Shown piece by piece: positions 12,290 through 24,997 of a stretch of DNA of 64,000 nt. Under the pieces are notes generated by a model that was not told where the DNA came from, made no database searches, and saw nothing but the letters and a program-made list of their open reading frames with translations. How positions within the stretch are numbered: the stretch's first letter is position 1; the number at the start of each line of letters is the position of its first letter. A program made the translations under genes and the position numbers. The DNA comes from Octopus vulgaris (Eukaryota): contig OX597821.1 in NCBI GenBank assembly GCA_951406725.2, positions 66,092,001-66,156,000 on the forward strand, written 5' to 3'.

Positions 12290-12667
12290 TAGGATAAAAT
12301 GTTTTCAAAAATTTTATCAGTGGCCAGCTATTTAAAATACCTTTTAAGGTGAAAATTATAAGCAATTATAAATTAGGGCAAAAAAAAAAAAAATTCTAGT
12401 TTTGTATGCTTCCACTTGATTTATATTTGAAAAATTTCCTCCTACTTTTTTGAATTGCAAAGTCTTTGATCAAATCCTCAAAATTGATCTTAGGTAACAC
12501 ATCTGCATCTATACTTAGTAGAGACAAAGGCATCCCGAATATTATTTTAGCAAGTTTAAAAGTGATTTCTTTTGTTCTGTAAACCATTTACCATTTCTGT
12601 GGTGTTCCTTCCTTCTTTTGATGCCCTAAGCATGTGCTTATTTTGCAAAGTGGTTAATCCAGTGCTG
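12290..12667 (-). mobile_element. hAT transposon deletion derivative with transposase C-terminal remnant
   Basis: ORF 12396-12587(-) contains LSLLSIDADVLPKINFEDLIKDFAIQKSRRKF, like the end of the hAT dimerisation domain. Terminus CAGCACTGGATTAACC at 12667; the other end was not found. Confidence 0.7.
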
Positions 12668-13083
12668 ACCCCAGTGTTCACATGGTACTTAATTTACTGA
12701 CCCCCCAAAGTCAACCTCGGTGGAATTTGAACTCAGAACATAGCGGGAGATGAAATACCACAAAGTATTTTACCCGATATGGTAATGATTCTCCCAGCTC
12801 ACTGCTTTCTTATTCATATTTAATAAGAAGAACAATTATAGCAATGCTTCATTCCCTGAGTGAAGTGGGCAAATAACAACATGATTGCCCAAACAGAAAA
12901 TCTTTATGTAAGATTGTAACCAATAGCATAGCTGGTGGGAGGGACAGTCCACCCCACCCCTGGCAGCACTTTTAAGCAGGTGGCACTTTTCATCCTGTTG
13001 TAGGCTATTGCTGTAGGCAATATGTGTGTGAGTCCAGGGGTGGCAAACAGAAGGGCCACTCCATACTCTAGACACATATATAT

Positions 13084-13619
13084 CAGGCACGTGCCATCAG
13101 TAATTACCCAGGGTAGGCAGTTGGTGACCTTTAGGCAAGTGTCTTCTACTATAGCCTCGGGCTGACCAAAGCCTTGTGAGTGGATTTGGTAGATGGAAAC
13201 TGAAAGTAGCCCGTCGTATATATGTATATATATATACATATATATATGTATGTGTGTAAATGTTTATGTGTTTTTTCCCCCGCAACATCGCTTGACAAAC
13301 GATTCTGGTGTGTTTACGTCCCCGTAACTTAGCGGTTCAGAAAAAGAGACCAATAAAATAAGTACTAGGCTTCCAATGAATAAGTCTTGGGGTTGATTTG
13401 CTCGACTAAAGGCAGTGCTCCAGCATGGCTGCTGTCAAATGACTGAAACAAGTAAAAGAGTAAAAGAGTATTCTGCATTTTATGCATATTAATCAGAGTA
13501 ACATTCATAATTTCATTGAATTAGGTGCATATTTTGCCATAAAAGGAAAGTGTTGGTATTGACCTATTTTATTCAATGTAGGCACTACCTACTTTGCCTA
13601 CCTAGGCAGCACGCCCCTG
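13084..13619. mobile_element. hAT-like MITE interrupted by a family A SINE (13125-13470)
   Basis: Ends CAGGCACGTGC / GCACGCCCCTG are imperfect TIRs, with 8-bp ATATATAT on both sides (low complexity, so weak TSD evidence). Confidence 0.5.
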
Positions 13620-13649
13620 ATATATATATGAAATCGTATTTGTGATTGA

Positions 13650-13980
13650 TGCCAGTGTTGCATACCTGGCGCCCATGCCGGTGTGCACGTAAAATGCACC
13701 CTCGTACTTTGGGCTTCACAGAGGCAGTGACAAGTGACCGAGACCTTTGACAATATCCTGTGCTTGAGAAGACCTGCGAAATTAAGCGATGTCATAGTCG
13801 TGGCTGATGCCGGTGTTTCATAACTGGCAGCTGTTGGTGTTAGAAAGGGCATACAGGCCATAGATGCCATGCGAAATCAGACTGAAGCCTGGTGCAGCTC
13901 CCAAGCTTACCAGTTTTCAGGCAAGCTGTCCAACCCATGCCAGCATGGAAAAACAGACGTTGATGATGATGATGATGATC
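13650..13980 (+). mobile_element. RTE LINE 3' fragment with RT C-terminal remnant
   Basis: CGTACTTTGGGCTTCACAGAGGCAGTGACAAGTGACCGAGACCTTTGA...GTGCTTGAGAAGACC reads RTLGFTEAVTSDRDL*QYPVLEKT, followed by the family D 3' UTR and (GAT)n tail. Confidence 0.75.
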
Positions 13981-14203
13981 TATTTTCTTTTACTCTTTTA
14001 TTTTGTTTCAGTCACTTGACTGCAGCCATGCTGGAGCACCACCTTTAGTTGAACAAATCAACCCCAGGACTTATTCTTTGTAAGCCTAGTACTTATTCTA
14101 TTGGTCACCTTTGCTGATCCGCTAAGTTACGGGGACATAAACACCCCAACATTGGTTGTTGAGCGGTGATGGGGTACAAACACACACACACACACACATA
14201 CAT

Positions 14204-14253
<50 letters not shown>

Positions 14254-14819
14254 GATGAGCTTTTTTCTGTTTCTGTCTACCAAGTCCACTCAAAAGGCTT
14301 TGGCTGGCCCGAGGTTATAGTAGAACATACTTGTCCAAGGTGCCATGCAGTGGGACTGAACTCAGAACCATGTGATTGGTAAGCAAGCTACTTACATATA
14401 TATATATATATATAAGCATCATTTAACCGCTGTGTTCCAAGCTGGCATGGGTTGGACGGTTTGACAAGCAGGAGAACTGCATCAGGTTCCAGTTATGTGT
14501 GTGTGTGTGTGTATGTATGTATAAACATATATAAGTTTTCTTAGGTTTACATATAGAGGAAGCGAAATACATACATAAAAAACATTTATGTATACACACA
14601 TAATATACATGTATCTAAATATACATATTCATGCCCACACACACACACACTGACACAAAGGTCTCTGTGTAAAGACAGAGACACACATTGTACACACCAG
14701 TTGATATACCAGTCCTCAATAAACCCAAAAAAAACTCCATTCAATGGACCACTGCCCCAACACCTTTTCCTTGTCTTTAAAACTGCTTTTTCTGAACTTA
14801 ATGACTTTATACCCCCCCT

Positions 14820-14862
<43 letters not shown>

Positions 14863-15390
14863 ACCCAACAAACACATAAACCTTTTCTGCAAACCAAACA
14901 GAATGTCTCCAAGCAGCTATTCAACCTGCTAGAAATAGCTGTGAAATCTCACTCGATGCTTTTTCAGTCATATGGTGGTGGATTGGTTGAATAGTTAGAA
15001 TATCAAACAAAATGCTTTGAGGTATCTAGTTATGGTCCTTTACATACTGAGTTCAAATTCCACCAAGGTCATTTGGTTGACTTTCCTGTTTTTTGTTTTT
15101 TTTTGTTGTGCATGGCCACAGTCAAAATGACTGAAACAAGTAAAAGAGTAAAAGAGTGGAGCACCAGGGTCACCGTAAAACTGCCTAGCCCCTGCCTAGC
15201 AAAATTTCAGCCCTTGTACCTACAGCAGAAAGGATTATTAGTATTAGTATTAGTATACAGATGGTGAGGGGTGGGTCTGAAATGATTACTAAGTAGTGAT
15301 GGTCATCACAAAGAACAGACTGTTCTGTACATGGGACATTGTTGACTTTAACTGTTTAAGCTGATTTTAACTAACGAGTTCTGAGTTCCG

Positions 15391-15830
15391 TGATGAAGAT
15401 GATGATAATGATGACGATGATAACAGCTATGATGGCAGCTATGATGATGATGATGATGGCTAAGATGATGATGATGGTTAAGATGATGACAGCTAAGATG
15501 ATGATGGCTACAATGATGATGATGGCTAAAATGATGATGGCTATGATGATGATGACAGCTAAGATGATGATGGTTAAGATGATGATGATGGCAGCTAAGA
15601 TGATGATGGCTACAATGATGATGATGGCTAAAATGATGATGGTTATGATGATGATGGTGACAGATGATGACAGCTATGATGATGGCTATGATGACAACTA
15701 ATGATGACTATGATGATGATGGTAATGATGATGATGGTAATAATGACTATGATGATGATAGCTATGATAATGATGGCTGTGATGATGCTGACAACTATGA
15801 TGATGAAAACTAATGATGACTGTCATGATG
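15391..15830. repeat. Compound (ATG)n microsatellite with higher-order units
   Basis: (GAT)n punctuated by GCTAA/GCTAC/GTTAA; the block GCTAAGATGATGATGGCTACAATGATGATGATGGCTAAAATGATGATGG occurs twice. Confidence 0.9.
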
Positions 15831-16111
15831 GTGAGGTCAGGGGTGGGGTTGTTGTGTTAATAATTAACAGTGTGGTCTCTGTACTGATGTTGTTGTTGTT
15901 CATGGCAAGCCTTAGTGGTGGCCTTTATAATGATAATGAGATGATAGTTGGTAGCTGACTTGACAGGACACTCATATCAACAAAGTATCATTTATGCCAT
16001 TTCATTTGCTCCTATGAAAATGTGACTGTTCATATCTATATCTATCTACATTATATATATATATATATATATATACATACAAAATATATATATACTTGTG
16101 TGTGTGTGTGA

Positions 16112-16169
<58 letters not shown>

Positions 16170-16302
16170 ACACATCTTGTATAGATATATTTATATCTGT
16201 GTATAAATATTATTATACACACACACATTTACAGATATAGATATATATGTGCATACATGTATAGACATATACATATAGACATAGATATATATACATACAT
16301 AT

Positions 16303-16342
<40 letters not shown>

Positions 16343-18015
16343 CCATATATATACATATATATATTTATGCATATATGTGTGTGTGTTGTGTGTACATACA
16401 TGGCTTATACATGCATATATTTATACATAAATAAAAACACAACTGTATGTGTGTGCATGTGAGAGCACATACACACATGCATGTATATATGTATGTTACG
16501 TGTGTCCTTATTAGATCAATACCAAAGCCACACTGTGTACACATACACAAAAAAAAACAATACAGACACTGTCCTTTGGCGTAACCAGAGATTGTTTGGC
16601 TAAACTGAAAACACAAGTGAAGTTTACAGTGAAATGGTTGTTCTATAGCGCTCCAGTAAATAAGATGTTTTGTATTAGTCCCAGCAGCTGCATGAGATTA
16701 TATAAGCTAACGGGCATTGATAAATCTTTAAAAAAAAAAAATAAACAATATCACTTTCCCGTTTCGCAATGTTACAAGAAGTATTTCCCCTTGTGGGACC
16801 CAACTGCCTCAGTTCAGCTTTTACATCTGTGCACTACTTGTGATATGGGTTGACTGAGTGAAATATCTTGACATCTCTCACGCTTTCAAGTTTTGCTTTG
16901 TTTTCGTGTATAAATCTATCCGGTACACTTTGTGAACTAGTTGGGAAATATAGGTTTTTTTGGGGAGTACCCTTCAATCATGTCAAGGATATGCCAACAG
17001 TCCCTCGAGTGTTGGTGCCGTGATAAAATATTACCAGTAAGCACCATAAGGCTTTCTTCTGGGGGTTTTTTTTTTTTTTTTTGTAAAATGGGCCAACTGG
17101 CAGGAAACGAAGGGGTAAACCAAGAATAAGATGGTAGGGAAATATCAACAGTCTTATATGGAGATGTCTATGAATCCAGCTGGAAAGTGTAATGTTTGAT
17201 TCTGATATCCACTCCCACCCCCATGGGGGTGGTATCTGAGGACTCTACTTCTAACATTCTTTCAGGAATAGTGGGTGGAGAAAATGGGTGGAATTGTGTA
17301 AAGCTGTTGGCAAAATATCAGAGACAACAGGTAGCCTAGAAGATCCTTTTAATGTTGGTGAGGACATGAACTCATCTCATCTCAAGTGTCGGTGCTATAC
17401 TAAAATGCACCCAGTACACTCTGTAGTAAAGTAATCGGCGGTGTGAAGAATATCCAGTCTTAGAAAACAAACCAAAAATGAAACATTCCTGAGTTCCTCA
17501 GAACTGTCTTGGAAAGTAGTAACTCAGAATAAAGACAAACTTCGACCGTGGTGACCCATACAAACCATGTCAGGATGGGAAGTTGGCATCTGATGACACC
17601 TGAGTGACCAACTCATAATCACTGCAGATCCTTTTGGAATTCTGGGACTTAAGTAGTTGATGCCATTCAGCTTGACTATTTGGACAACTGAAGAATGGTG
17701 CCAAGAATTATGAAGTTGTTTGTTTTCATTGTTTTCATAAAAACTATGTCTGGAATGTTTGTTGCTTGACAAAAACGGGGAAATTATTACTTTACTAGGA
17801 AACAGGTGTTGTGGTTTGGTGGTGGTGGGGGGGGGGGGGCTTCTAACTGTAGAAAACTCTGCCATAAGATACTTTTGTCTAACCCATATAAACATGGAAA
17901 ATTAGACATGAAAACGATGAGGAGAATGATATATATATATAAATAACAAAATAATATATATCGAACGCCAAGCATCCACTTCCAAGTAAGTTTTATCTAT
18001 CTATCTATCTATCTA

Positions 18016-18051
<36 letters not shown>

Positions 18052-18682
18052 CATACATAAGGTGTCAAAATTGTGATGATATTTGGTTGACAACTGATGA
18101 GGGAATGAGCACGACAGTGTCCATTATGTATATTTTTTTTATTGTTTTTCTGTATGTTCCTTTGTTGTTCTTCTGCGCCACATTTTGGATAGATAGAAAT
18201 ATGTATGTAAATAGTGCCATACATGTGTATTTGTGTCTGTTTATGCTTACGTTCAGACTTTCCTGAGAATCGTTAACTCACAAAGAGTGACACTCTTGTT
18301 GACATTTCCCCAATCACCAAAATTGTTCAGTTGTTCATACTTGCTTTGCACTCTTAAAGGCCTATGGAATAAGAGATCCCTTCAAAAATGGATAAAGGTT
18401 AGCACAAAAGGCTATTTAGACGGAAAAGTGTTGCCTCAATAATATCTCTGTCTAACCAATGCTAGCATGAAAAAAAAAAATGGATGCAAAATCAATTATG
18501 TTTATAGGTTTGTATGTGTGTGTGAAAGGATGTTATGTGCAGGACAAATAAGCTTTAAGACAGGATTAGATTAAATATCAGAAATGTGCCATTTTTATAC
18601 CTGTAGCAAAAGAGAGTGGTTGTCATAGAATGGCCTAATTTTACTCTGAATAGAGAAACCACCAAATTCCTGCAATTCTGCT

Positions 18683-18724
<42 letters not shown>

Positions 18725-18834
18725 CTTATTCAAAACTAACAGCCAAGATTTTAAATATAACTGATATAAGGCATTATAAACACTGACTTGGTACAGAAAA
18801 AGAAACAATATATCTGGCGCGACATGAATCTCTA

Positions 18835-18869
18835 TGTGTGTGTGTATACATATATATATATACATATAT

Positions 18870-18902
<33 letters not shown>

Positions 18903-18943
18903 TATATATACATATACACACACACACACATATATATACATAT

Positions 18944-18974
<31 letters not shown>

Positions 18975-19049
18975 CATACATATACACACACACACACATA
19001 TATACATATACACACACACACACATATATACATATACACACACACACAC

Positions 19050-19080
<31 letters not shown>

Positions 19081-19181
19081 TATACATATACACACACACA
19101 CATATATACATATACACACACACACACATATATATATATACACACACACACATATATATATACACACACACACACATATAT

Positions 19182-19252
<71 letters not shown>

Positions 19253-19270
19253 ATATGTGTGTGTGTGTGT
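18835..19270. repeat. Compound (CA)n/(TA)n microsatellite
   Basis: Direct reading; source of several overlapping spurious ORFs. Comparable tracts at 2340-2860, 8362-8990, 38080-38610 and 54200-54810. Confidence 0.95.
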
Positions 19271-19417
19271 ATAGCATGACATATGACCAGGTTACTAATT
19301 ACAAAATAGAATGTCTGGCACCAGTTTCCTTTGTCAGATCGCCTGTTCTTTTTCTGTGCCAAGTTAGTGCTTATAATGTCTTCAAACACACACACACACA
19401 CGCATACACAAAGAAGG

Positions 19418-19455
<38 letters not shown>

Positions 19456-19624
19456 TACATATATGCATACACATATGGGGTGAGTTATAAACACAGCCGA
19501 ATGGAATACTAAAATGACTAATGTAATTCGTAACCTTTCATACTCACACTTACCACTCACCCCATCGCCACCAACACACACACACTCACTCACATGTATA
19601 TATACATATATATATATATAAATG

Positions 19625-19656
<32 letters not shown>

Positions 19657-20275
19657 AACCGGTGACATCAGAGGACCGCCATCTCAGTCATTATCCATCC
19701 ACAGTGGGTATGTGTATGACTAACATTATATTTGTTGCTAACTTTAAACAGAGGAAATTACGCACATACACACATATATATGTGTACATGCGTATGCGGT
19801 AATGTGTATGTTCGTATACAATGTTTGTATATTACATGTGTGTGATTATCAGTCTTCTTGTATATATGTGTATGTATATGTATGTGCGCATCACTGATGA
19901 AGTAAGGCTCTTTTATCATGAAGTTCAAGAATTTCCTGTTGTTACACAAATAAATTTTTTTGCGTAGGTATGTGTCTACGTTAGCATGTGTGCATGTGTT
20001 GAGTGTGTGTGTATGTATTTCATTTGTATTTTTAGATGTGTTTAAGTAGGTAGTTTATATATACACAGTGAAATTATGTGACAGTAAAATAGGAAAACAA
20101 GCAAAAAAACAAACCTACTTCCGACTTAAAATTCAGTCTATTGCTTTACAGCACTGTTGAACACACATAAAGTTATATATGTGTGAGTGTATATAATTAA
20201 ATATATAAGAATTTTTTGTGTAATATAATAAAAAAACCAAGGCTGTGTAGATATTAGAGCATTTATAGATAGAAG

Positions 20276-20327
20276 GTCTTACAGCTGTTTCTAGGATGTT
20301 TATTAATAATATCCCTTCATTGGAGAC
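20276..20327 (-). ncRNA. Degenerate type-I hammerhead ribozyme within a putative Penelope-like remnant (~20190-20500)
   Basis: Minus strand gtct-CCAATGA-a-gggat-attattaataaac-atcct-a-GAAAC-AGCT-GTA-agac. Stem I gtct/agac, stem II gggat/atcct, minimal stem III with palindromic AGCT loop, GUA site. Core is CCAAUGA instead of CUGAUGA. Confidence 0.6.
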
Positions 20328-20767
20328 GGTGTGGGAGGATAGTTAAGTCATAGTTAGATTAGATGTGATACAAAATAGACAATGAGGCGGAGGAAAGAAA
20401 ATAGATGCAAGATATGTATAGGTATTATTCAGCATTGCCTGACACCTTTGGGTCTCAATGACACCATTATCTCTTATAAACTCAACTTCTCGCTATAATT
20501 AAATATATGTATGTGCATGTATGTATATGTTATTGTGTAACCATCCAAAGAAGGAATATTCAAAACAAAAGGTAGAATGCAGTAGGGCAGGAATTTGTTC
20601 AAGACAGTGAAGCGGTGTGCTATTCTGGAATTTCCACAGTCAGTGGCTGCTTGTTTTTTTTAATACAAGATCCAGGCCAATTCTGACTAACCTGAAGAAA
20701 TTACTGCTGCATGCTGTGGGCAACTCAAGAGTAAGAGGCCACTGAACCAGTATTATATATTATCCTC

Positions 20768-20972
20768 AAGGCAACGAGCTGGCAGAATCGTTAGCACGCT
20801 GGGCGAAATGCTTAGTAATATTTCGCCCATCACTACATTCTGAGTTCAAATTCCGCCAAAGTCGACTTTGCCTTTCATCCTTTCGGGGTTGATAAATTAA
20901 GAACCAGTGGGGTCAATATAATCACCTAGTCCCTTCCCCAAAATTTCAGACCTTGTGCCTATAGTAGAGAGG

Positions 20973-21010
<38 letters not shown>

Positions 21011-21485
21011 AGGTGGCAAGCTGGCAGAATTGCTAGTACGGGCGTAATGCTTAGCGGTATTTCCTCCATCTTTACGTTCAGAGTTCAAATGTTCAGATTC
21101 TGCTGAGGTCAACTTTGCCTTTCATTCTTTCGGGGTCGATTAAATAAATACCAGTTATGCACTGGAGTCGATGTAATCTACTTAATCCCTTCACCCAAAT
21201 TTGAGGCCATCTGCTTCCAGTAGAAAGGATGATTATTATTATTATTATTATTATTATCATTATTATATAAGGCAGGGAGCTGGCAAAATCGTTAGCACAC
21301 TGAGCGCAAGGCTTAGCGGTATTTCCCCCGTCTTTACGTTCAAGAGTTCAAATTCCGCCAAGGTCAACTTTGCTTTCATCCTTTAGGGATCAATTGAATA
21401 AGTACCAGTTATGAACTGGAGTCGATGTATTCGACTTAAATCCTTCCCCTAAATTGAAGGCCTTGTGCTTCCAGTAGAAAGGATT
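20768..21485 (+). mobile_element. Three head-to-tail Nin-domain SINEs (family C) separated by (TTA)n
   Basis: Each has GAGCTGGCAGAATCGTTAGCAC...GAGTTCAAATTCCGCC..GGTCRACTTTGCCTTTCATCCTTTCGGGGTCGAT (Nin-like) ...CCTTGTGCCT..AGTAGAAAGGA. Confidence 0.85.
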
Positions 21486-21611
21486 ACTATCATCATCATC
21501 ATCATTATTATTATCATTCTTCTTCTTCTTCTTCTTCTTATTATTATTATCATCATGATTATTATTATTTTTATTTACAGAAGTCTAAAACTGGCAGTGC
21601 TTACCAAAAAA

Positions 21612-21654
<43 letters not shown>

Positions 21655-21718
21655 GATATATATATACATACATATATATATATATATGTGTGTGTATATA
21701 TATATATGTGTATATATA

Positions 21719-21754
<36 letters not shown>

Positions 21755-21761
21755 AAATTAT

Positions 21762-21795
<34 letters not shown>

Positions 21796-22105
21796 ATATA
21801 TATCATAACAACAGATGTTGTTATCATTTATTCTTCACCAACTTCAGACCATTCAAAATGTTTGGATCTGATAGTCAACGGTGCAATAGGTGCAATGAAT
21901 ATGCTGATGAATGATTTTGATGACACGGTGTATATTTAGGTCATTTACTTGTGAATGAAAGCATAACTGGATTCACATATCTGTATTTTCTTTAGTGAGT
22001 ACATATATAAACCAGTATACATTGTCGGTACACAGGTACACTAGCACCGACTCTTGTACTATTTAAATACCCGATTCTCTTGAATCCTGGAAATTTGTAT
22101 ATATC

Positions 22106-22138
<33 letters not shown>

Positions 22139-22139
<1 letters not shown>

Positions 22140-22335
22140 ATCAAAATAAGCAACAATAATAACTTCGGTAATTTGGTACAATCTTTTCACGCTACATTAA
22201 ATGTCGTAAGTATTACAACAGTTTTAAAATGTTGAGCAATCGTCAGCCATTAATAGAGGTTTTCCATAAATACATAATTTTCATATCATCTAACTTAAGT
22301 ACCATATTCATTTGAATCTAAATTTTGCTGAACTT
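22139..22335. mobile_element. TA-embedded putative non-autonomous Penelope-like element with hammerhead remnant
   Basis: Starts AATCAAAATAAGCAAC and ends TAACTTAAGTACCATATTCATTTGAATCTAAATTTTGCTGAACT, like 55644-55811 and 60399-60922. Minus strand 22249->22174 reads tgg-CTGACGA-...-GAAA-agatt-GTA-cca. Confidence 0.6.
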
Positions 22336-22389
22336 ATATATATATATATATATATGTATATTTATGTGAAGGTATATATATATTTATGT

Positions 22390-22689
22390 GGAGGTGCAAT
22401 GGCCCAGTGGTTAGGGCAGCGGACTTGCGGTCGGAGGATTGCGGTTTCGATTCCCAGACTGGGCATTGTGTGTGTTTTTTGAGCGAAAACACTTAAAAGA
22501 TCCACGAGACTCTGGTAGGGGGTGGTGGCAACCCCTGTTGTACTCCTTCGCCACAACTTCCCTCACTCTCTCTTCCTGTTTCTTGAGTGATGCTGCAATG
22601 GACTGGCATCGCGTCCAACTGGGGGGAACACATACACCACAGAAACTGGGAAACCGGGCCCATGAGCCTGGCTAGGCTTGAAAAGGGCA
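22390..22689 (+). mobile_element. tRNA-derived SINE family E (tail 4, V-domain-like)
   Basis: A box TGGCCCAGTGG, B box GTTTCGATTCC, tail CTGCAATGGACTGGCATCGCGTCCA. Another copy at 36675-36938 (-). Confidence 0.8.
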
Positions 22690-23780
22690 AAAAGAAGAAG
22701 ACATATCTTACTAGTTAGAGCATCGGGCTCGCAAGCATGAGGCAGTGAGTTCGATTCCTGGACTGGGCTGTGAATCAGTCCAAGCCTGTAGTAGAAGACA
22801 CTTGCCCAAGGTGCCATGCAGTGGGAATGAAGCATGCGATAGGAAAGTAGACTCTTCATCACACAACCGATCCTGTGCACCTGTGTGTTAGACATGGTCC
22901 TCTGCTAACTCATGCCAGCACATAGAAACAGATGTAAACGGATGGTAACATATATATGTATGTGTGAGTGTGTGGGTGTGTATTTATAATTATTCAGTTA
23001 ATCATTTTAGATTTCCTAATATTATTCATTTTCTGTTGGCAGAAAATCTTATTAATTTCTCATGGTGAATACTTGACATTAATGCATAAAAGAATTAAAT
23101 GTTTCTTATTGTTGTCTTATTAAAACTAACATGATATAACATTTCGCTTACTGCAAATATGCTTCAGAATTACGATTAAAACACGTCATCAATCATTGAT
23201 CATTTTCTAAATGAAAAATGTATAAGCTCTCGCTCTCTCTCTCTAAATAATTGGAATTCATTCCTTCATGTCCTTGAGTTAAACCACCTTTAATTTTTTT
23301 TTTTTTGTATTTTATTATTTAAAAAAAAAATTCTACTGCTGAGGTTACCATAGATAAATCCAAGACAGAGAAATTTTTCCCGATAAATACACAAGAATTG
23401 TACAAATTTATTCCAGCTGCTTGTAGACTTTATGTAAAACATTGGTGTAATTTCAATAAACTGACAAAAAGAAGTCGAACAACCAAATAGCTGATAATGT
23501 TAAGATGGAATAAAAACAAAGCAATATGTTTGACATCTTAAGGTGCAAAAATAGATTTAACAACCTATTATTGTCTCACCAATTTTCTATTTGGAATCTC
23601 CTCTTTCAGTTTCATTCCTCCTTTATAGTTAAGACTTTCTTCAGCTACTTCATTACTATTATAATGATTGACATTAAGGCAGAAAGCTGAGTTCAAATTC
23701 CGCCGAGGTCGACTTTGTCTTACATCCTTTCAGGGTCGATAAAAATTAAGTACCAGTTGTATACTGTGATCGATCTAATA

Positions 23781-23938
23781 GGTGTAGGAGTGGCTGTGTG
23801 GTAAGTAGCTTGCTTACCAACCACATGGTGCCGGGTTCAGTCCCACTGCGTGGCACCTTGGGCAAGTGTCTTCAACTAAAGCCTCATGCCAACCAAAGTG
23901 GATTTGGTAGATGGAAACTGAAAGAAGCCCATCGTACA

Positions 23939-23990
<52 letters not shown>

Positions 23991-24208
23991 ATGTGTTTGT
24001 GTGTCTGTACTTATCCCCCTTACATCGCTTGACAACTGATGCTGGTGTGTTTACGCCCCCGTAACTTAGCGGTTCGGCAAAAGAAACCAATAGAATAAGT
24101 ACTAGACTTACAAAGAATAAGTCCTGGGGTCGATTTGCTCGACTAAAGGCGGTGCTCCAGCATGGCCTTAGTTAGATGACTGGAACAAGTAAAAGAGTAA
24201 AAGAGTAA
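23781..24208 (+). mobile_element. SINE family A, full length
   Basis: Head GGTGTAGGAGTGGCTGTGTGGTAAG through tail GACTGGAACAAGTAAAAGAGTAAAAGAG. Confidence 0.9.
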
Positions 24209-24222
24209 TATGTGAATCATGA

Positions 24223-24482
24223 CAGCGGTATAGCTAGAGCGTGTGCCACCTGGAGTGGCCCTTCAGTTTTCTGCCTCCGGGCCCCCACAAAAAATGCAAA
24301 TTTCACAGTGATTATATCGATTGGTGCATTCAATGGTGAGTAGTGTCTGTGTCCTGACATTAAAACCATTATTATTTGATTTCAATACAGCCTATAGCAG
24401 ACCCAAAAGTGGTGCCGCCCATTATAAAAGTGCTACTTGTGATGGACTGCTCCCTTTGCCCCACCTTCTAGCTACACTAGTG
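24223..24482. mobile_element. hAT MITE with 8-bp TSD
   Basis: TIRs CAGCGGTATAGCTAG / CTAGCTACACTAGTG; flanks AATCATGA / AATCATGC. An inverted partial copy lies at ~12921-13070. Confidence 0.8.
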
Positions 24483-24544
24483 AATCATGCTTAATGTAGA
24501 TACATCACAAAAGCAAATTAACTGAGGTGTTCTTCCAATGATAA

Positions 24545-24922
24545 CATTCCTTAAGGATGCACTATCAGTAGGAGATAAAAACAGGTTCCAGCAGCAGGAA
24601 TGTTATTATTATTATTAATCAGGTCACTGCTTTGAATTGAACTCGGAATCTTGAGGTTAGTAGCCTGCGCTCTTAACCACTATGCCATATGTCCATGAGC
24701 ATAGTGGTTAAGGGCACGGGCTACTAACCTCAAGATTCCAAGTTCAATTCCAAGCAGTGACCTGAACAACAACAACAACAATGACGACGACCTTAGGAAT
24801 GAGAACTCAGGTTCAAAATTTCCCCAAGACATCTGATGAAGGCAGGGGGGGGGGTATATCAGTTGAAATGTGTTAACAACAAACAAGATGAGGACAAATA
24901 TCCGTCAAATGTAAATAATGTA
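24545..24922 (+). mobile_element. tRNA-headed element with inverted 5' duplication and hammerhead-like 3' part
   Basis: Arms 24619-24685 and 24699-24765 are inverted copies of a tRNA-like head (A box TGGCATAGTGG, B box GTTCAATTC). 24828-24874 reads gacat-CTGATGA-aggcag...cagtt-GAAA-t-gtgtt. Confidence 0.6.
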
Positions 24923-24997
24923 TTACATTACTTGAATTGGAATTACCATTAATTGTATCTGTGGTGTGGGTCCATAAAGACATGCAGATAACTCAAA

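Noticed and set aside
15390-15958. Met-rich ORFs
   Set aside because: Product of the (ATG)n repeat; no splice or domain evidence.
18641-19668. Long ORFs of up to 278 aa (also 2322-3028, 38043-38716, 53949-54835)
   Set aside because: Translations of (TA)n/(CA)n microsatellites (YI/HT/VC dipeptides); no coding complexity.
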